The notes beneath the pieces are model-generated. The model did no database searches. It was not told the origin of the DNA and saw nothing but the letters and a program-made list of their open reading frames with translations. A stretch of 64,000 nt of DNA from Aplysia californica (taxonomy: Eukaryota): assembly GCF_000002075.1 (NCBI RefSeq), contig NW_004797272.1, forward strand, positions 4,189,839-4,253,838. The letters are read 5' to 3'. Both the position numbers and the translations under genes were made by a program. This document shows, piece by piece, positions 13,901 through 25,730 of the stretch (within the stretch, counting starts at the first letter, position 1; each line of letters opens with the position of its first letter).

Positions 13901-16900
13901 GATGCAGTGTTCTTGCATATAAAAATACAATCTCAACTATGACTGAACTTAAAAATCCATCACATATGCATGAAGTGTTTCTTTATCAAAATAAGCAGAA
14001 CCGAAAGCACCTGTATCTTAGCATAAAATTTGTGAGTGTGCAGCCGGTGGACAAACTAAAAAACTATAAATCCGATAAACTGATGAATACTAATTTGACA
14101 GGGTTGCCAGTTTTGCCGTATGCTGACAAAGCACTTTTTTAAAAATTCAAAGCAGTTTCGAGGTAAAAAGGAGTTTTGTCAAAATAGCCTTTCAAAGAAG
14201 ACGTTCTTCCAAAATTTCAATTCTAATTTATTAAAATACTAGTCATAGTTTCACTTTGATTTTTTTTCACACAAGTAGGGTAACTGATCAGGCTAACGAT
14301 TTAGAAAATTGAAAAAAAGTGGCCCCAAAACGAAAAAAGGCTTTTTGTCAGCTTAGGGCAGAGCCTAGCTGACTTGGCACAACAATTTAGTGACTTCATA
14401 GATATAAGGGAAAAGAAAGCATGAGCACAATGTTCTGAAAATGCACTTATGTAGTCACTGATCAAATAGTTCATTATTATATTATAATAATAGGGAGCGA
14501 GAGAAAATAACAAAAGAAATAGCAAACCTTAGCCACTGTACCAATAGCTTTCAGCCTAACATGGGGCTGAATATCTGCCATGTCTCTGATCAAGTCATCG
14601 GGTGTACTGTCAGCAAACTGTCCACTCAGGAACCATTTACTTCTCCAGTCATGAACTGGAAAATATTAACAATAATGATTTACATATCAGTGATAATAAA
14701 TAGCATTTATACAGCACATATCCTCACTCAACAGCAAGCTCTAAGCGCTTTACACTACATTACTACTGTCTCACCCTTCGTTTCAGGATGTGGAAAGTAC
14801 ATTAAGTTTCTGCTATGGTACTTCAGCTTAGATCAATTCATTGACCTGACACTATAAGAAATAATAGCTATAGAAGCAAACAAATCCACAGAAAATAGAT
14901 ATAGAAATCATAAAGAGAAAATGAAAGTGAATTGGACACATCTTGACGAAACTGAAAAGAAAAATATCATTCATCATGCCTTAAGACGGAATCCAATGAG
15001 AAAGAGAAAGAGAAGAAGGCCTAAAAGTACTTGGAGGAGGGACCTAGATTAGGACCTAATTAAGGAAATGACATACAGCTTGACAGATAGATAGCCAAGG
15101 ACAGAAGCAGATGGAGAGCTCTTTATAGGGGCTTGTACTCCAGCACAGGATGAGAAAGGCAGATGATGATGCTGATTCTTAAATTTAATAGTTTTCTTGA
15201 CTAGAGCTGAAAACTTAACTCACTTAAAATGCAAAAAATAAAAGTCTGCTCATTCATAGGCTTTTTGTATACATACAGTCTACAGCAGGGAGTATCTCTT
15301 TCTCTTGCAGTAACCAGCTTTAAGTCAAAGAGCAGCAAACTGATAACTGTGGATTCTTTGGCGTACAGCAAACTAACAATCCATTCTTGACCACTTTTCC
15401 TACCATGATGCAGGAGGCTTCTTTATCTATCTGTTTATTACACACTGCTTCATCAAGGGTTGTTCAGTATTTATAGACCTACTGATGTGAAACTCCTAAG
15501 TCTTGAGCAATGATTAATGACTACCAATTTCACAAAAGCAAATCTTGTCCTATTTTCAACTACTAAGGTGTCTTTAAAGGATGCAACAAACACATGCCAT
15601 GAAACCTTCAAGTTTTTCTCCCTTATAATAGAAAGCTACGAGCTAGATTTAATTTTTACAAAGATTAAGGTGGACGCCCCCCCCCCCCCCCCCAAAAAAA
15701 AAGAAATAGAATAAAAACAACCCAGTTTATTAATCTACCAGAAGTGCATACATCCTTAACACTTTCCACCCACGCAGCACGCTGAGCGTGCAGCACTTAT
15801 CCCCTTTGACCAGGATACACGCTATATCACACCATCGCCGATTGGCGTCCCCTGGGGGCAAAGTGTTAATCCAACAAGATGTCTTGGCAAGGAAGGCAAG
15901 ATATGTACTAAGAAATCAACCTCTATGGAGAATCAAACAGGTATTCCTATGAAATCAACATTTGATTGCAAATCCATACTTTCTGTGCCGCTGGTTAGTG
16001 GGTGCTGTGATGTGGTTTTTTTTCCTATCAAACATCTATTGTCCTTATCTCTCCTCCTTTTATGTGTTTGTTACTCTTGTATCACTTCTAATCTTCGGCA
16101 CTTATATGACCTTATTGTGTTGCAAGTGCCACAAAACTCTTACTAAAACATACCTTTAGTCTAGGTTATGTTAAAAGCTTTCCACTTTCACAGTTACCAC
16201 TTCTATGTAAAGTTATTTGATCATTCTTACCAATTGTGACCAATGCATGGTTTTGTTTCACTCTTCTCCTCTGTTTAGGATCCACTGCCTTCATCATTCC
16301 AGTATCAAAGCCATCACTGTTTGCATTCACAGTGCCTTCAGTTTCCTGCTCAAGAGGAAAAAGTAAAGAGGATATACAGTCAAAACTGGTAGCCATTGTC
16401 GAAGAGAAAAACAGCTGTTTTAGACAGGTGGGCATCATACACAGTGTCATTATGAAGTTTAAAAAAAACCCAGGGGTTTGGGGGAGGGGGGGGATGAGAA
16501 GTGGCCATTAGTACAGGTGAGTGTCATATACAGGTGGCTATTGGAGCAGGTTCAACTGCATCTAACTTTATCTGGGTCTTTGCTACAATCTTCTAAAAGT
16601 GTTAACAACTGTGATGAGCTTTATTTGAATGCTCAACAATATAACATATAATTTTTAACAGGTCAAAAAGAATAACGACTGCCAGCATTCTTAGTAACAT
16701 AGTAATAATAATGACAGAATTGAAATAAGAGTTCCTGTGTTATCATCTGCAACAATGAAAAATAAAATTCGGAACTCACAATACGGCTTCCAAACAATTA
16801 TATCATTCCCATAAATTTGCAAACTCAGGAAAACCATCATGCAGGAGCTCAATATGGCATAAGAAAAAAATAAGTCATCATATTCCTCGATGCGTTGGCA

Positions 16901-19679
16901 TGCTATTTTCTACTTAACTGTGATACAAGCCTTCCTGTATAAATACATTGTTGATGAAAGAACACTTAAAATTTCTTTACATCACTCTTGTTAGATTCTC
17001 TTCAGGACATAATGAGTTGATGGTTTCAAATAAGTATTGAAGTTTCATCTTTTTAAAACATAAACTTGAAAGTGAATTTCCATCAACTCAAAATCCATGA
17101 AGAGAACTTACTTTTTTACTGTCATCCCCTTATCAAAATAGGAATGACACCAATCAAAATAGGAATGATACCACAAATGTTATCTCAGGGCTATAACATC
17201 AGAGTCAATACAGAAACTATGAACACTGCTACCTTTCTCAAAGAATGTAATTACTAGACTAAATCTTACATCAATAAGTTCAGGCAGAGCCACCCATCTC
17301 TTTTGTCCCTTTTCTGGAATATGCTGGGAGCTTGCTGCTTTTTCAGCTGATTTCTTTTCATTCTCAAGTGTGTACCAAGTCTCTGGCCTTTGAGGCAGCT
17401 CCCTTTGAACTTGCTTCTTGTACTTATTATCCGTATCCATGGTGATCTCATTTGGATCACCTCCAGCTTTATACACTTGCTTAGAACCTGAAAAAAACAA
17501 CTTTCCGTAAGTCGTTACATAATCACTTTATATCTGTATATTGCCAAAGAATCTTCCAGAAAACTTAACCACATATGTTGATCCGACTCATTTGATATCC
17601 AAATATAAAGAACAGAATGTGATGCTTGAGTCACCAAACTAGTGAAACTGGGGAAGCAACAAATATAACCGTAGACACACAATGTCTACATTTCAGACTA
17701 AGAAGATGAATAAAATGTGGATATCTGGCAATCACAACCCATTTATCTAAAAAAAATTAAGACTTCAAAGCTGTAATTAATAGTAAGTTTCTTCTACCAC
17801 TCTAAACTCAACAGTAGTAATATGTAACAAAAAATATCTTCCTCTTACAACTTTACTTTCACTAAGGCAAAGCCGAACAGAATCAGTTGGTATTCATTAA
17901 TCCAACTTCCCCTTCTGCTTTTGCCATAGACTAAAGCTTTCAGTACTTCAACATATAAATTTGTAAATACTGATACATTATAAAAAAGAGCATTACTCAT
18001 ATCAGGATAAATTACCACTATAGAGAAGAAGGACTGAAGATACCTGTGAGCCATTCTTGTTCAAAAGCATTGCCAGTGTTGTAAATCTTGTTGCCAACAC
18101 GAGGACTCAAGACATCCTTTAGCGTCATGGGTGGTGTTTCAGTATAACCTCTGACAGAAATGTTGTGTGCTGTTGCATTAATGGCCCCTGAAGATATAGT
18201 ACAGCCAATTTTGAACGTGGTGACGAGACTTTTAACTCAGTTGAATATTGCACATAACATGTAATTAGTACTCAGTTCATGAAATGAGGAGAATAAGCGA
18301 CTTGGTTTGCAATTCAATGGCGCAGGGGATTAAAGGTGAAGGTTAACGGGAAAAAAGTCTTTTATTTCTCTATTCCATAGTGCTGACTTCACACTTATCC
18401 TTATCATATACAGAGGCATACTATTTAAATAACATTGAGTTTTTTCAATGCACTAGCTAGTTTTCTTTCATTATGTTATGTGATGAACTTGTCCTTAATT
18501 TGAAATGGTGGTACAAAATTACTGTTTCAAGTTGCAAATTAAAAGAAAAAAAAAGCAGCAAGATGATTACAAACATTTACAAGCACAAGCAAGAACAGAA
18601 AACAGGACTAAAATAAAGGGGGGAAAAAAGAAATATACCTCAGCTGCAAGATATCAAAGTAAGTATGAAAGCCATTGTTATGGTCTCAGGTGAGATAACC
18701 TCAGCAATTTTCAAGTTAAGTTTTAGTTTATTGTGCACCTAAAGAATAAGAAAAAGGATCCTGGCCGGGACCACTATGTGACTAGNNNNNNNNNNNNNNN
18801 NNNNNNNNNNNNNNNNNNNNNNNNNNNNNNNNNNNNNNNNNNNNNNNNNNNNNNNNNNNNNNNNNNNNNNNNNNNNNNNNNNNNNNNNNNNNNNNNNNNN
18901 NNNNNNNNNNNNNNNNNNNNNNNNNNNNNNNNNNNNNNNNNNNNNNNNNNNNNNNNNNNNNNNNNNNNNNNNNNNNNNNNNNNNNNNNNNNNNNNNNNNN
19001 NNNNNNNNNNNNNNNNNNNNNNNNNNNNNNNNNNNNNNNNNNNNNNNNNNNNNNNNNNNNNNNNNNNNNNNNNNNNNNNNNNNNNNNNNNNNNNNNNNNN
19101 NNNNNNNNNNNNNNNNNNNNNNNNNNNNNNNNNNNNNNNNNNNNNNNNNAAATTTGAGCTTAGACAAGTTTGCAGTCACAAGAGGTGAGAGAGAGAATAG
19201 AGGGGGGGGGGGGGGTGGTCGAGAGAGGGAGAGAGGGAGAACAAAGGTNNNNNNNNNNNNNNNNNNNNNNNNNNNNNNNNNNNNNNNNNNNNNNNNNNNN
19301 NNNNNNNNNNNNNNNNNNNNNNNNNNNNNNNNNNNNNNNNNNNNNNNNNNNNNNNNNNNNNNNNNNNNNNNNNNNNNNNNNNNNNNNNNNNNNNNNNNNN
19401 NNNNNNNNNNNNNNNNNNNNNNNNNNNNNNNNNNNNNNNNNNNNNNNNNNNNNNTTCTGCTATTGATGTCAAAGTGTGTAGGGGCATGTAATCTTTGCTG
19501 AGAATAACATTGCATACTCTCGTAATTAACAACTCTATTATTATTGTTATTTTGATTATTATATTTATACCTATAATCATGAGTATAATTCTAATCATTT
19601 TGATAATTGAAGTTACAATTATAGTCATAATTATATTTATAATCATAATTATATTATTATTACTTTTACTATCATTATC

Positions 19680-19759
<80 letters not shown>

Positions 19760-19892
19760 TCTTTATCTAGATGCTGGAGCTAAATTTTCACTCAAGCAGT
19801 TATTCTTTATGTTAATCTTGCTACTTTTGCTGTTTTTGATGATAAAGATGATGTTGCTAATGCAAATGCTACCGTTTCTGTTGCCTCTACTA

Positions 19893-19959
<67 letters not shown>

Positions 19960-20095
19960 CAGTTGCTCCCGAGGAAGCTCACAAGGCGAAAAGTTGAGCA
20001 GCGTCTATTAAACAAATTTTAAACATTTTATATTGTTAGGCTATTTTGTCTGAAATTCAAACAAGACTCTTCCCTCCTACTCTGCTTTCCAAACA

Positions 20096-20149
<54 letters not shown>

Positions 20150-23100
20150 GTTTAACTTCCTGTAGAAGCTCTTTAAGGTCAAACGTTGAGCTTATTTTAC
20201 AGTCAGATAAGTAATATTAAAATACTCAAGTCTCCTTAAATTTTTAAAAATTATTACCATGCTCACAAAAATGATGACGATGATGAAGATGGTGAGGGTG
20301 AAACTTTATGATAAAGATGACAATGGTGATGATGATGCTCAAAGAATGTGAAGAGGGGAAAATAGCTAAAAGAAAAAACAAAAGGCAAACATTACATAGC
20401 AAGCAGGTAATAGAATCTGATAAACCACAGAAAAGAAGGCTGGCATCATGAACTACATTGCAACATTCTGATAAAATTGGAAATAATTTGCTCTTCAAGT
20501 TAGGTTACATATTTTAGAAGAAGTGGGGACATTATGGAAACAGCTAGAAAAAGGGTGCTAAGGATAGGCTTCGCTGGAGTAATGTTGTTGATGGCCTGTG
20601 CTCCACTGGGAGTTAAAAAGGGCAAGAGAGAGAGATTTTAGAAGAGAGGAAAGTTTGTCTTATTTGCACAATTCCAGTATAATTTTATACCCTACCACTG
20701 GAGATGTTTATTAAAAAACCAGCTTATCGTTTCACGAACACATGACTAAACACACATTAATAATGATCGTTCATCCACCATAAACTAATGATGACCTTAA
20801 ACAACCAAGAGCAAAAAGAAGCTATAAACTTTGCTAGCTATCGCAGGGAGCGAGCATGGTTAAGAGAGAAAAGTAAACAAAATAATAACAAGCAGCTTGT
20901 AGGTGGGGGGGCCCCATAGTTTTGGTATGGGGGAGCAAAGAATATACATTCCGTGAAACTGCGTGGCACAAGAGGCGACTAAACTTGCATAAGTCTGGTC
21001 GCCCGAAAAGTGCCAGTTAGCAGAGGGCCAACTACCCGACCAAGTAAAAACAGTCAGTTACAGAAACACGGCTTGTTATTTTTCGATCTTGGGAGACAGA
21101 GGAGCTTCTGCATCAGCAGGAACAATGAAGGACAGCAGACAAAGCTGAAAGGACTCTCTTGATCCGAAACCTTCTCTGTCGAAAAATTCTCTCCAGGCTG
21201 CGTGGTGGAATGTTTGCACCTTGTGTGAAGCAGGAAAGAGTTTTTAAGTAGTACAGGAGATGAAGAGCTACAAGTTGCACATACTAGGAGTCAGCAAAAC
21301 ACACTGGATACAGAAAAATCTTTTTTTTTAATGCAAGAGGGAATGAGGGAAGTAATCATTTGTACAGGTGACTGTCTTCGACAGGAGGACATTAGAGCAG
21401 GTTTGACTGTATATTTGGGACCAAATCTGCCACTGGCTGCAGCAACGACTAAATAAGATTTACTGCTTATAAAGCAGTAACATGCAAATGTCTGGCAAAA
21501 GGAATTTTATTGATTAAAAAAAGAATGGCAGTACAAGCAATGCAAATTAAGTGGGGGCACCCTTAATATCCAGGAGGAAAACAAAATTCATCACCAATGT
21601 CCATCACCATTTCTATGTACAACTAAAGGTTCTTTAAACTAAAAAGGAACAGAATAAAATCCATTCAAATCATATGAAGCAAGAAAGAGATGTTCAAAAT
21701 AAAAATTATACAAGAGAAATGAAATTACAAGTACGGTTTTAAAACTAGCCTCAACTACACAAAAAAGAACTGAAAATACTACAGATGTGTCAACATTAAT
21801 TAATTACGAGATTCTTCTCCAGTTTCTGTGGTCATTCTTGGGCTGGCTGTAGATGGGGAATTTAAAACACATCATAAAGTAGTACTATCAGCCACACCTA
21901 TCCCAAAAGAATAAATTATGAAGACAAAATGAAAAGAAATAGTTTCCAACTCTTTACTTTTAAATATTTCTCAGGTAACAGTAATAGGGGAGTTAAAAAC
22001 ATATACTTAGAAGCATGCTTTTCATTTATAATACTACTCATATATTGAGATACTTTCCTGTGGCACACATTAACTCTATATAAGCCTCAATTGTGTAACT
22101 CATCTTCATCTTTGGTATAAACTTTAATCTGATAGGGCCTCTAAAATTATAATTTTAAGTAGATATTTTATCAGTGAAAGCAAATATTCTCAGTCTACTT
22201 AGAGTAAGATTGTTAATTAAAAGTGACAATTTTTAAGGAAAGGATTGGACAACTGTGGTCACAGTTATTCTGTTATCTCACTTGCTGTATAAACATCACA
22301 AATCAAAGAAAATATATGATCATCTATAGCAGTTCTCTGAATGAGGATGAATATGCAATGGACGTTAATGGAACAATAGATTTCTAACAATTTGTGAATA
22401 AATTCTAAGAAAAAAGCTAACTTTCATTCTTTTTTTCAGTTTATCCACTCTTCATTCAGTGTAATCAACACGAAGGCATAGTAATCAGTTATGTACATTA
22501 ATGTGCAGACACAACTGGCATTTGGTTTTCATTTTTTAATATATTTTTCAGCTCATGTTGTTTTAAACAGACACAAAGAAATTAATGAGAAAAACCTTAG
22601 AATATCTGGGGCCCACATGTCAAATGACTTAGGAATACAAAAGGCATACCAGCTTCTTCTTTCTCTTCGCTTCTCTTCTTTTTCCTGATACCAGCTGGTT
22701 GTCGATAAAATGGAGCTTTGTTGTCATCAGAGTAGGGGTCAATAGCTTCTGCCAGGGATGGTCTGACATTGTAAACTCTCTCCAGCACACTTTAGAGACA
22801 ACAAAAGACACAATTTGATGCAAAATAAACTGCAAGTATAAAGCAAGATTTTTCAGTCTGCTCTGACAGAGTATTGGGGAAAATACGTTTGAATCATAAG
22901 AAGGAGCTCAGCTTAAGCAGATGTGACAATTGGGAAATATGTAGTTGAATGTCTTCTCACTTCTACCTTCTCTAGCAGGGTTGTCAGGCTTGATGTTAAG
23001 TCATAGATGCATGCATCCAATGGTGCAACTTGTACTTTGGTAAAAACTAATAGTGTGTACTACTTTTAGCACAGCATTTGCAGATTATAAGAGGAGCTGT

Positions 23101-24548
23101 TTCCTTTCTTAGTTTTAACCACTTTCACTTAACTTTTCAAACAGTCCTCACTTTACAAAAGAATGCCTATAAAGACATAATGAAATGAAAATTGGATTTA
23201 TCGAAAAGATAAGAAAATACAGTTTCAACTTTACTCAAATCACTACTCCTGATCTTATCAAGAGAAGAAAGAACAACCTGCTTGAGATAATACATAAATC
23301 TTTAAATACCAAAACAATCCACAAAGAAAAATATCTAACATGAAAAGCTAAAATGGGACAACCTTCCCATTAAGAAATATGGGCCTACATTTATAGATTC
23401 AAATTTCTAAAACAATAACATTTATTTCTTCAACATTTAGAGTAATGCATTTTTTCTTCAAGACTCAAACTTCTTCAAAGAAAACAATATTTTTCTATGG
23501 ACACTTACGATGCTTCCTTCTTTTTCCATTTGCTTTTTGGTTTCTGTTCCTTTGCCTTTTCATCCTCTTCCCCATCACTAGCTTGCTCTCTCACTAGGTC
23601 TGTGTGTGTTGGTGGTCCGTACCAGGATTCAAGTACATGTGCCAACTTTTCTTTTTGTCCATCTGCTGGCAGCTTCTCATGAACTATCCAATTGGCAGTC
23701 AGTTTACTAAGTCTGGACATGAGGTGATCATCCCAATCATTTTTTGGGATTTGAGACAACTCACTCGTGTCACGTGTGCCAATGGATGCACCACTAGCCC
23801 TTGATTTTATTTCATCAGTAACTCTAAATGACACTGCAGTACCTAATCTGCTCACAGTGTCATCTTGCTTGATGGTCTTATCTGCTTTTACTGTTTCTCC
23901 TTGTTTACTGCCCAATGTAACTTTGGATAGTTTAGACTCTCTTGACTCAGGAATTGGCTTTAATTTGGGACGTTGGGCAGCCTGTTCCTGAGAACTTACT
24001 TCTGTCATGAAGAAAGAAGAAGGCGATGTACTACCATCAAAACTATCTCTTGAAATATCTTTTTGTTTTGAAGAAAGTGCTTCCTTATGGAGTTGGAGAG
24101 CTTTTTCCTTCACTTGTTTCCTTAAAGGAGTCAGGGGGGCAGGTTTGGCAATCTTTTTCAAATAACACGGCATGTGCCGAGCATCAACGCCTCTTTTATT
24201 ATGCCTACCCATAACACTGCTTGATCTGCGAGGTGGTGGAAGAAGTTCGCCTGGCTCAAAAACACCACTGAAGTATTTTGTATCATATGGCATCATATGC
24301 AAGCAACGATCCTCCACAACATCTTGGCTAAATGACAGACCGCTGCTCACCATCTGAACATATCTTTCACTTGCTGGATTTACATCCTGGGAGACAATGG
24401 TCATTGGAAGTATACTTGGGGTTGATCTCTGGTTCAACATCACCTTCACTTTAGAATCCTCAGCCCCTATCTGTGGCACCTGGACTCCAGCAGCACATGG
24501 GAAGAGCATGGTGCGCTCCGACAAAGTTGAGTTGAGCTTAGATGCCAT
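3384..24548 (-). CDS. HEATR4: HEAT repeat-containing protein 4-like, whole spliced CDS (14 coding exons, ~1432 aa)
   Basis: Exons in transcript order: 24548-23509, 22789-22650, 18187-18044, 17487-17270, 16345-16231, 14655-14528, 13738-13556, 12825-12631, 10976-10872, 10140-9957, 8403-8218, 7536-7347, 5810-5615, 4658-3384. All introns are GT-AG with compatible phases (4299 nt). HEAT-like motifs (DWHVEVRRAAGQCLG, DSYVSIRSEVCITCG, DPIWKVKALAIQALG, EERPGVRAEAC) and YNTGNAFEQE resemble vertebrate HEATR4 from recall. An extra exon hidden in the N gaps at 18.8-19.5 kb cannot be excluded but is not needed for frame. Confidence 0.85.
4855..4922. repeat. (CT)n microsatellite
   Basis: Direct observation; other (CT/GA)n tracts at about 27945-28028 and 61039-61092. 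Confidence 0.95.
5335..5570 (-). mobile_element. tRNA-derived SINE family B, internally deleted copy
   Basis: Matches 58241-58552; head GTGGCCTAGTGGTTAGG; L2-like (ATT)n tail; fragments at about 14690-14765 and 29205-29405. Confidence 0.75.
5615..5810 (-). CDS. HEATR4: HEATR4-like coding exon 13
   Basis: EEMVEALSLFG...QTEKDIE; donor GTGAGT. Confidence 0.85.
5867..6106. mobile_element. piggyBac-type MITE
   Basis: TTAA|CCCTAT ... ATAGGG|TTAA; the right half recurs at about 58880-59020, also ending GGG|TTAA. Confidence 0.7.
6450..6610. repeat. Degenerate (GTT)n microsatellite
   Basis: Direct observation. Confidence 0.9.
6797..6975 (+). mobile_element. Family A repeat copy
   Basis: GTGGGTGGTTGGCAGGTGCTCTGGTGTGG...TTACTAAAAC. 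Confidence 0.75.
7347..7536 (-). CDS. HEATR4: HEATR4-like coding exon 12
   Basis: ALGKIG...LLWAMRYEERPGVRAEACHSL...LLVESSPVVR; donor GTAAG. Confidence 0.88.
8218..8403 (-). CDS. HEATR4: HEATR4-like coding exon 11
   Basis: GIMTAKLLPAFLECFADSYVSIRSEVC...DPIWKVKALAIQ. Confidence 0.88.
8455..9740. repeat. ~23-bp minisatellite (ATATCCTTCTACAACTAATCAAT) split by a MITE
   Basis: Arrays at about 8455-8725 and 9510-9740. Confidence 0.85.
8728..9509. mobile_element. Tc1/mariner(pogo)-type MITE
   Basis: TA|CAGTCCGTGCCGGCTATAAGCACG ... CGTGCTTAAAGCCGGCGTGGACTG|TA. Confidence 0.85.
9957..10140 (-). CDS. HEATR4: HEATR4-like coding exon 10
   Basis: DITQKLSELMWHDWHVEVRRAAGQCLGKT...INKLGQL. Confidence 0.88.
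10872..10976 (-). CDS. HEATR4: HEATR4-like coding exon 9
   Basis: TLVHCMVAEQLNSSSWRHRVIACKILPTLFGSINR. Confidence 0.85.
12108..12600. mobile_element. MITE with CAA...TTG ends and 8-bp TSD (P-element-like)
   Basis: TSD GTCAGCAT at 12100-12107 and 12601-12608; about 30-bp TIR CAAAGATAGTGAATAACAAGATGGGCCACT; related sequence at about 14130-14290 and inverted at about 63755-63870. Confidence 0.8.
12631..12825 (-). CDS. HEATR4: HEATR4-like coding exon 8
   Basis: AKEQLRHMLMGSSSVDRWAAAQCLA...KISNSS; donor GTGAGT. Confidence 0.85.
13556..13738 (-). CDS. HEATR4: HEATR4-like coding exon 7
   Basis: ASEYKPPP...ALECLLDDSHDQVKKAAAITLYSLDRPSEK (HEAT repeat). Confidence 0.85.
14528..14655 (-). CDS. HEATR4: HEATR4-like coding exon 6 (absent from ORF track)
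   Basis: VHDWRSKWFLSGQFADSTPDDLIRDMADIQPHVRLKAIGTVAK; acceptor TTTTCCAG, donor GTTTGC. Confidence 0.85.
14925..15170 (+). mobile_element. RTE-clade LINE 3' relic
   Basis: Degenerate IGHILRK..I..AL.(W)NP..KRR.RPK.TWRR ... AKDRSRWR. Confidence 0.65.
15760..15865. mobile_element. Very short TTAA-flanked MITE
   Basis: TTAA|CACTTT ... AAAGTG|TTAA. Confidence 0.5.
16231..16345 (-). CDS. HEATR4: HEATR4-like coding exon 5
   Basis: ETEGTVNANS...QNHALVTI; AG and GTAAG boundaries. Confidence 0.8.
17270..17487 (-). CDS. HEATR4: HEATR4-like coding exon 4
   Basis: GSKQVYKAGG...GQKRWVALPELID; AG and GTAAG boundaries. Confidence 0.85.
18044..18187 (-). CDS. HEATR4: HEATR4-like coding exon 3 (absent from ORF track)
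   Basis: GAINATAHNISVRGYTETPPMTLKDVLSPRVGNKIYNTGNAFEQEWLT; acceptor TCTTCAG, donor GTATCT, phase 1->1. Confidence 0.8.
19650..20150. repeat. (ATT)n and (GAT)n microsatellite cluster
   Basis: (ATT)n about 19650-19760; (GAT)n about 19892-19958 and 20097-20148. Confidence 0.95.
20895..21310 (+). mobile_element. RTE-clade LINE 5' relic (5' UTR plus start of AP endonuclease)
   Basis: About 21190-21310 reads LQAAWWNVCTLCEAGKSF*VVQEMKSYKLHILGVSKTHW, resembling the APE start W-N-V-x-T...E-M..Y.L.ILG.SE..W. Confidence 0.65.
22650..22789 (-). CDS. HEATR4: HEATR4-like coding exon 2
   Basis: VLERVYNVRPSLAEAIDPYSDDNKAPFYRQPAG...; AG/GT boundaries, phase 2->1. Confidence 0.8.
23509..24548 (-). CDS. HEATR4: HEATR4-like coding exon 1 (ATG at 24548; exon acceptor at 24589)
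   Basis: 347-aa ORF MASKLNSTL...KKKEAS; donor GTAAG at 23508; upstream acceptor TTTATTTCAG. Confidence 0.85.
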
Positions 24549-25612
24549 AATTGCAAATTTTTCAATGACACGTCTAGCTCAACTCCAAACTGAAATAAAC
24601 AATATTTGACAGATTGATAGTGAGCAAGAACAAGAAGAATAAACCTTTAAGACTAACTGTTGCACTAAAACACACATCAGCTATGAAAGTGGTGGGTTCA
24701 ATATTTCCTGATCACTAATTTCAGTTTCAATGATCTTTAAAACACAGCTCCTGTTTCTTCAACTACAAGATAGTGGTGGAGGAATTGGGGAGGGGGGGGG
24801 GGGTAAATCTTTTACCCAAGTGTTGGTCATAGATCAGATTTCCACATTTTGTGAAAGGCACCAGGAACGACAAAACTCCCTATGCCACCCAGCTGACTTA
24901 CACAGGGGCTAATATTTAACTACGGAAAGCCCAGGCTTGGAGCATCACAAAGTGTGAGAAGGGATCGAATCCCTGCAATATATGCCAGCGCGACAAAAAC
25001 AACAAGTTAGATATGCTGCAGGGTGTCATCCGTCAGCCCATCAAATTTGTGCATTCAAAGAAATAGTACTAAGTTCATCTTATAATAAAGAACAACAATG
25101 ATATATTGTATCGCATCTTCCTCTGTAAAGCAAGAATAAAGCATTATATTTGTTTGACAGACGCCGAGCAAGAAACAAAGTTATTGGCTGTTAAGAAATT
25201 ACTTTAATTATAGACCAGTTGGAGCCTTGTGTGCATACTAATTATAACCACATTATAATTATAATGTTAGTTAATACATCTCATTCCCGCTGTGAATTCA
25301 AAGGAAAAAAGGGCTGACTAGTACAGCAGTTCAAATACATGCATCAATTTCAATATAGATCTACTTTGATACTGACATGCTTTTCTTTCTTTTAAAAATT
25401 AGTCAGAACAAAAAGTATGTTAGACCCACAAAACAGAAACTACATCCGAATTACACATATAGAGATCTAGATCTAGATATCTAGATCTAGATTCATATTT
25501 TTTAATTTTAAACACACAAATAAACAACTTCTGTTTATGTTCAGATCAAGCTATTTTAGTAAAAGTTCGACGTTACTCTCAAGTCAATATGTGCCATTAG
25601 CACCATACATAC

Positions 25613-25730
25613 TTGAATAAAATTATCTTTCTGATAAGATAGTAATAGGTGTTGCCCTGTTATGCGCTTTCGATCTGCATCAAGATTCTCAGTACGAGAT
25701 GGCTTTTACTGGCGGCCATGTTGACGCTCC
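25613..25730 (-). other. HEATR4: Putative non-coding first exon (5' UTR) of HEATR4-like gene
   Basis: Donor CAA|GTATGT at 25612; the coding exon has its own acceptor 41 nt upstream of the ATG, so an upstream exon is expected; YY1-like GCGGCCATGTT at 25712-25722. The 5' limit is a guess. Confidence 0.5.

Noticed and set aside
15275-15430. Possible extra HEATR4 exon with AG and GTATGT boundaries
   Set aside because: Stop codons in the required phase for both candidate acceptors, and the flanking exons already join in frame
17130-17173. 21-bp tandem duplication (also ~26-bp duplication at about 43884-43930)
   Set aside because: Ordinary slippage duplications in introns
18733-19997. Long ORFs with X runs and poly-Ile/Leu/Met
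   Set aside because: Artefacts of N gaps and (ATT)n/(GAT)n tracts; the same applies to X-containing ORFs near 26, 30.5, 32.5, 35.4-36.4, 38, 58 and 63 kb
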